Assembly (NCBI GenBank): GCA_025963725.1
Contig: JAOQAE010000002.1
Location: 1,115,765 to 1,179,764, forward strand
Length of the DNA: 64,000 bases
Origin: Bacteroidota bacterium
GTDB lineage: Bacteria > Bacteroidota > Bacteroidia > 2-12-FULL-35-15
Direction of reading: 5' to 3'
Positions 62,457-64,000 of the stretch are shown one piece after another. The translations under genes and the position numbers were made by a program. Positions within the stretch are counted from its first letter, which is position 1, and every line of letters starts with the position of its first letter. The notes beneath the pieces were generated by a model. The model saw nothing but the letters and a program-made list of their open reading frames with translations. It had not been told where the DNA came from and did no database searches.

Positions 62457-63881
62457 ATGAAAAAATTCCTGTTCACCAGCTTTCTCCTGCTTTCACTCTT
62501 CTCCTTTGCCCAGGATGTAACCATCAAAGGCAGCGCGAAGCCGTATGCGCAAAAGGAGATCGGCCTTTGGGTGTACAGCGACAGGATCTCGGGCATTCAA
62601 AAACAGCTGAGCTATACCGACATCGACTCCCTTGGAAATTTCAGCTTCCAGTTCAACAGCAAAAGCATCCAGTATATTGTTTTAAAGATCGACAAGCACA
62701 TTGCATCCATGTATGTGCAGCCCGATGCGGCTTACGATGTGATCATCGCCCCGCCCGATTCGCAAACCTACCAGAACCCGAACCTCGAGCACGATGTAAA
62801 GATCTCGATCAGGCTCAGCAGCAAAACGGAGATCAATGCGCTTACCATGGATTACGACAAGCGCTTCGATGATTTCCTTACCGTCAACTACAATGATTTC
62901 CTGAAGCGCGCCCCGCAGAAAAAGATCGATTCGTTCCGCCTGGCAATGAACAGCTTCTATTCAACTGTAACCAATCCGTACTTCAATAATTACATCGCCT
63001 ATTCCATCGCCTCGCTGGAGAAGAACACGAAGATGAGCGATAAAAAGCTGTACGAAGCTTACCTGATGAACAAGCCGGTACTGTACGAGCATCCCGAATA
63101 CATGAATTTTTTCAATTCGTTCTACAAGCAGAAGCTGCAGAATTTTGCGCTGAGCAAACAGGGAAATGACCTGCCTTTTATCATCAACGACCGTGCAAGC
63201 TATCCCGCAGCGGTGAACGCGCTCCGCCGCGCTTCCTTTATACAGAACGATACCGTTGCAGAGCTTGTGTTGCTGAAAGGATTGTATGAAACGTATTACG
63301 ACGGCAGCTTTAAGAAGACAGCAGTGAAAGCAATTCTTCAGCAGATCGCGGCCGACAGCAAGATCCCGGAGCACCAGAAGATCGCGCAGAACATCCTTAG
63401 CTCTTTCTCCAATCTCCAGAAAGGCACCCCGGCGCCTAACTTCGAGCTGCCTGATAAAACGGGCCAAACCCACAGCCTCGATGAGCTGCGCAATAAAAAG
63501 TTCGTGTACCTCATGTTCTTCGACGACGATTGCTCCGCCTGCATGGAGCAGATGAAAGTGATCCCGGCATTAAAAAAAACGTATGGCGAGCAGATCGTAT
63601 TTGTGGGCATTTCCACGGACAAGACAAATGAAGAGCTGAAGGATTTTCAATCGAAAAACCCTAAATACGACTGGCTGTTTGTGTACGACAATACGAACGG
63701 ACAGCTGAAAAAAGATTACGAGATCGTTTCCTTACCGGCGTATTTTGTGGTAGGGCCGGATGGGAAATTCATACAGGTTCCGGCAGACAGCCCGGCAGAA
63801 GACATCGAGCAGGTTTTCTTTGACCTTACCAAGGTGAAAAGCAAATTGCACGGGATCGGGAATAAGCAAAACCAGAGGTAG
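62457..63881 (+). CDS. Secreted TlpA/AhpC-like thioredoxin-fold protein with a long N-terminal domain
   Basis: Signal peptide. C-terminal APNFELPDKTGQTHSLDELRNKKFVYLMFFDDDCSACMEQ with a CxxC (CSAC) motif, and LPAYFVVGPDGK. Confidence 0.7.
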   Translation: MKKFLFTSFLLLSLFSFAQDVTIKGSAKPYAQKEIGLWVYSDRISGIQKQLSYTDIDSLGNFSFQFNSKSIQYIVLKIDKHIASMYVQPDAAYDVIIAPPDSQTYQNPNLEHDVKISIRLSSKTEINALTMDYDKRFDDFLTVNYNDFLKRAPQKKIDSFRLAMNSFYSTVTNPYFNNYIAYSIASLEKNTKMSDKKLYEAYLMNKPVLYEHPEYMNFFNSFYKQKLQNFALSKQGNDLPFIINDRASYPAAVNALRRASFIQNDTVAELVLLKGLYETYYDGSFKKTAVKAILQQIAADSKIPEHQKIAQNILSSFSNLQKGTPAPNFELPDKTGQTHSLDELRNKKFVYLMFFDDDCSACMEQMKVIPALKKTYGEQIVFVGISTDKTNEELKDFQSKNPKYDWLFVYDNTNGQLKKDYEIVSLPAYFVVGPDGKFIQVPADSPAEDIEQVFFDLTKVKSKLHGIGNKQNQR

Positions 63882-64000
63882 GTTGGAGTTGGGAGGTTGG
63901 AAGGCCGGAGGTGTTAGGAGGTAGTTCATAAACGGTTAACCGGATGTTTTCGGGAAACATCGTTGCGGGGAGAGGACGAAATGCCTGCTAATATACTAAT

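Noticed and set aside
63882-63930. G-rich run (gttggagttgggaggttggaaggccggaggtgttaggagg), considered as a possible G-quadruplex or regulatory element.
   Set aside because: There are not four tracts of GGG or longer. It looks like another short-word intergenic repeat at the window edge, and the context is truncated.

Overview
This looks like a chromosomal segment of a Bacteroidota genome, probably Chitinophagia or Sphingobacteriia. The evidence is type-A and type-B T9SS C-terminal sorting domains, TAnnTTTG -7 promoter boxes directly upstream of many ATGs, and Bacteroidota-typical conserved hypotheticals. I call about 60 CDS. By eye I found no rRNA, tRNA, CRISPR array, integrase or transposase. 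Housekeeping genes are lpdA, rsmB, recR, mqo, guaB, icd, mscL, rsmD, coaD, a MoxR ATPase, SurA/PpiD-type chaperones and a RecD-like helicase. Four things stand out among them. (1) A visibly A+T-rich accessory islet at about 2.0-7.5 kb carries orphan lipoproteins, an LRAT/NlpC-P60 (NCEHF motif) protein, a non-coding array with strict 21-bp periodicity, and two copies of a 145-bp multi-hairpin repeat. (2) A small GIY-YIG nuclease gene is bracketed by inverted tandem arrays of a roughly 78-bp hairpin repeat. (3) Several families of intergenic palindromic repeats recur across the window. (4) The most interesting candidate system is a tightly packed 17-ORF same-strand cluster (30.1-46.8 kb). It encodes a complete pseudaminic-acid-type nonulosonate pathway (PseB, PseC, a PseG-PseH fusion, PseI, an SpsF-type cytidylyltransferase). 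It also carries an unusually large set of tailoring genes: a GNGPSL-motif transferase, LbH acetyltransferase, PhyH dioxygenase, HD-to-HN SpoT-like domain, SDR, APH-fold kinase, ATP-grasp ligase, second epimerase, PPP phosphoesterase and LmbE deacetylase. A T9SS propeller and a Wzx flippase complete it. The cluster abuts a YfhO-like membrane glycosyltransferase that is translationally coupled to a 1193-aa type-B CTD adhesin. All functional calls come from motif recognition in the translations; no database search was possible.
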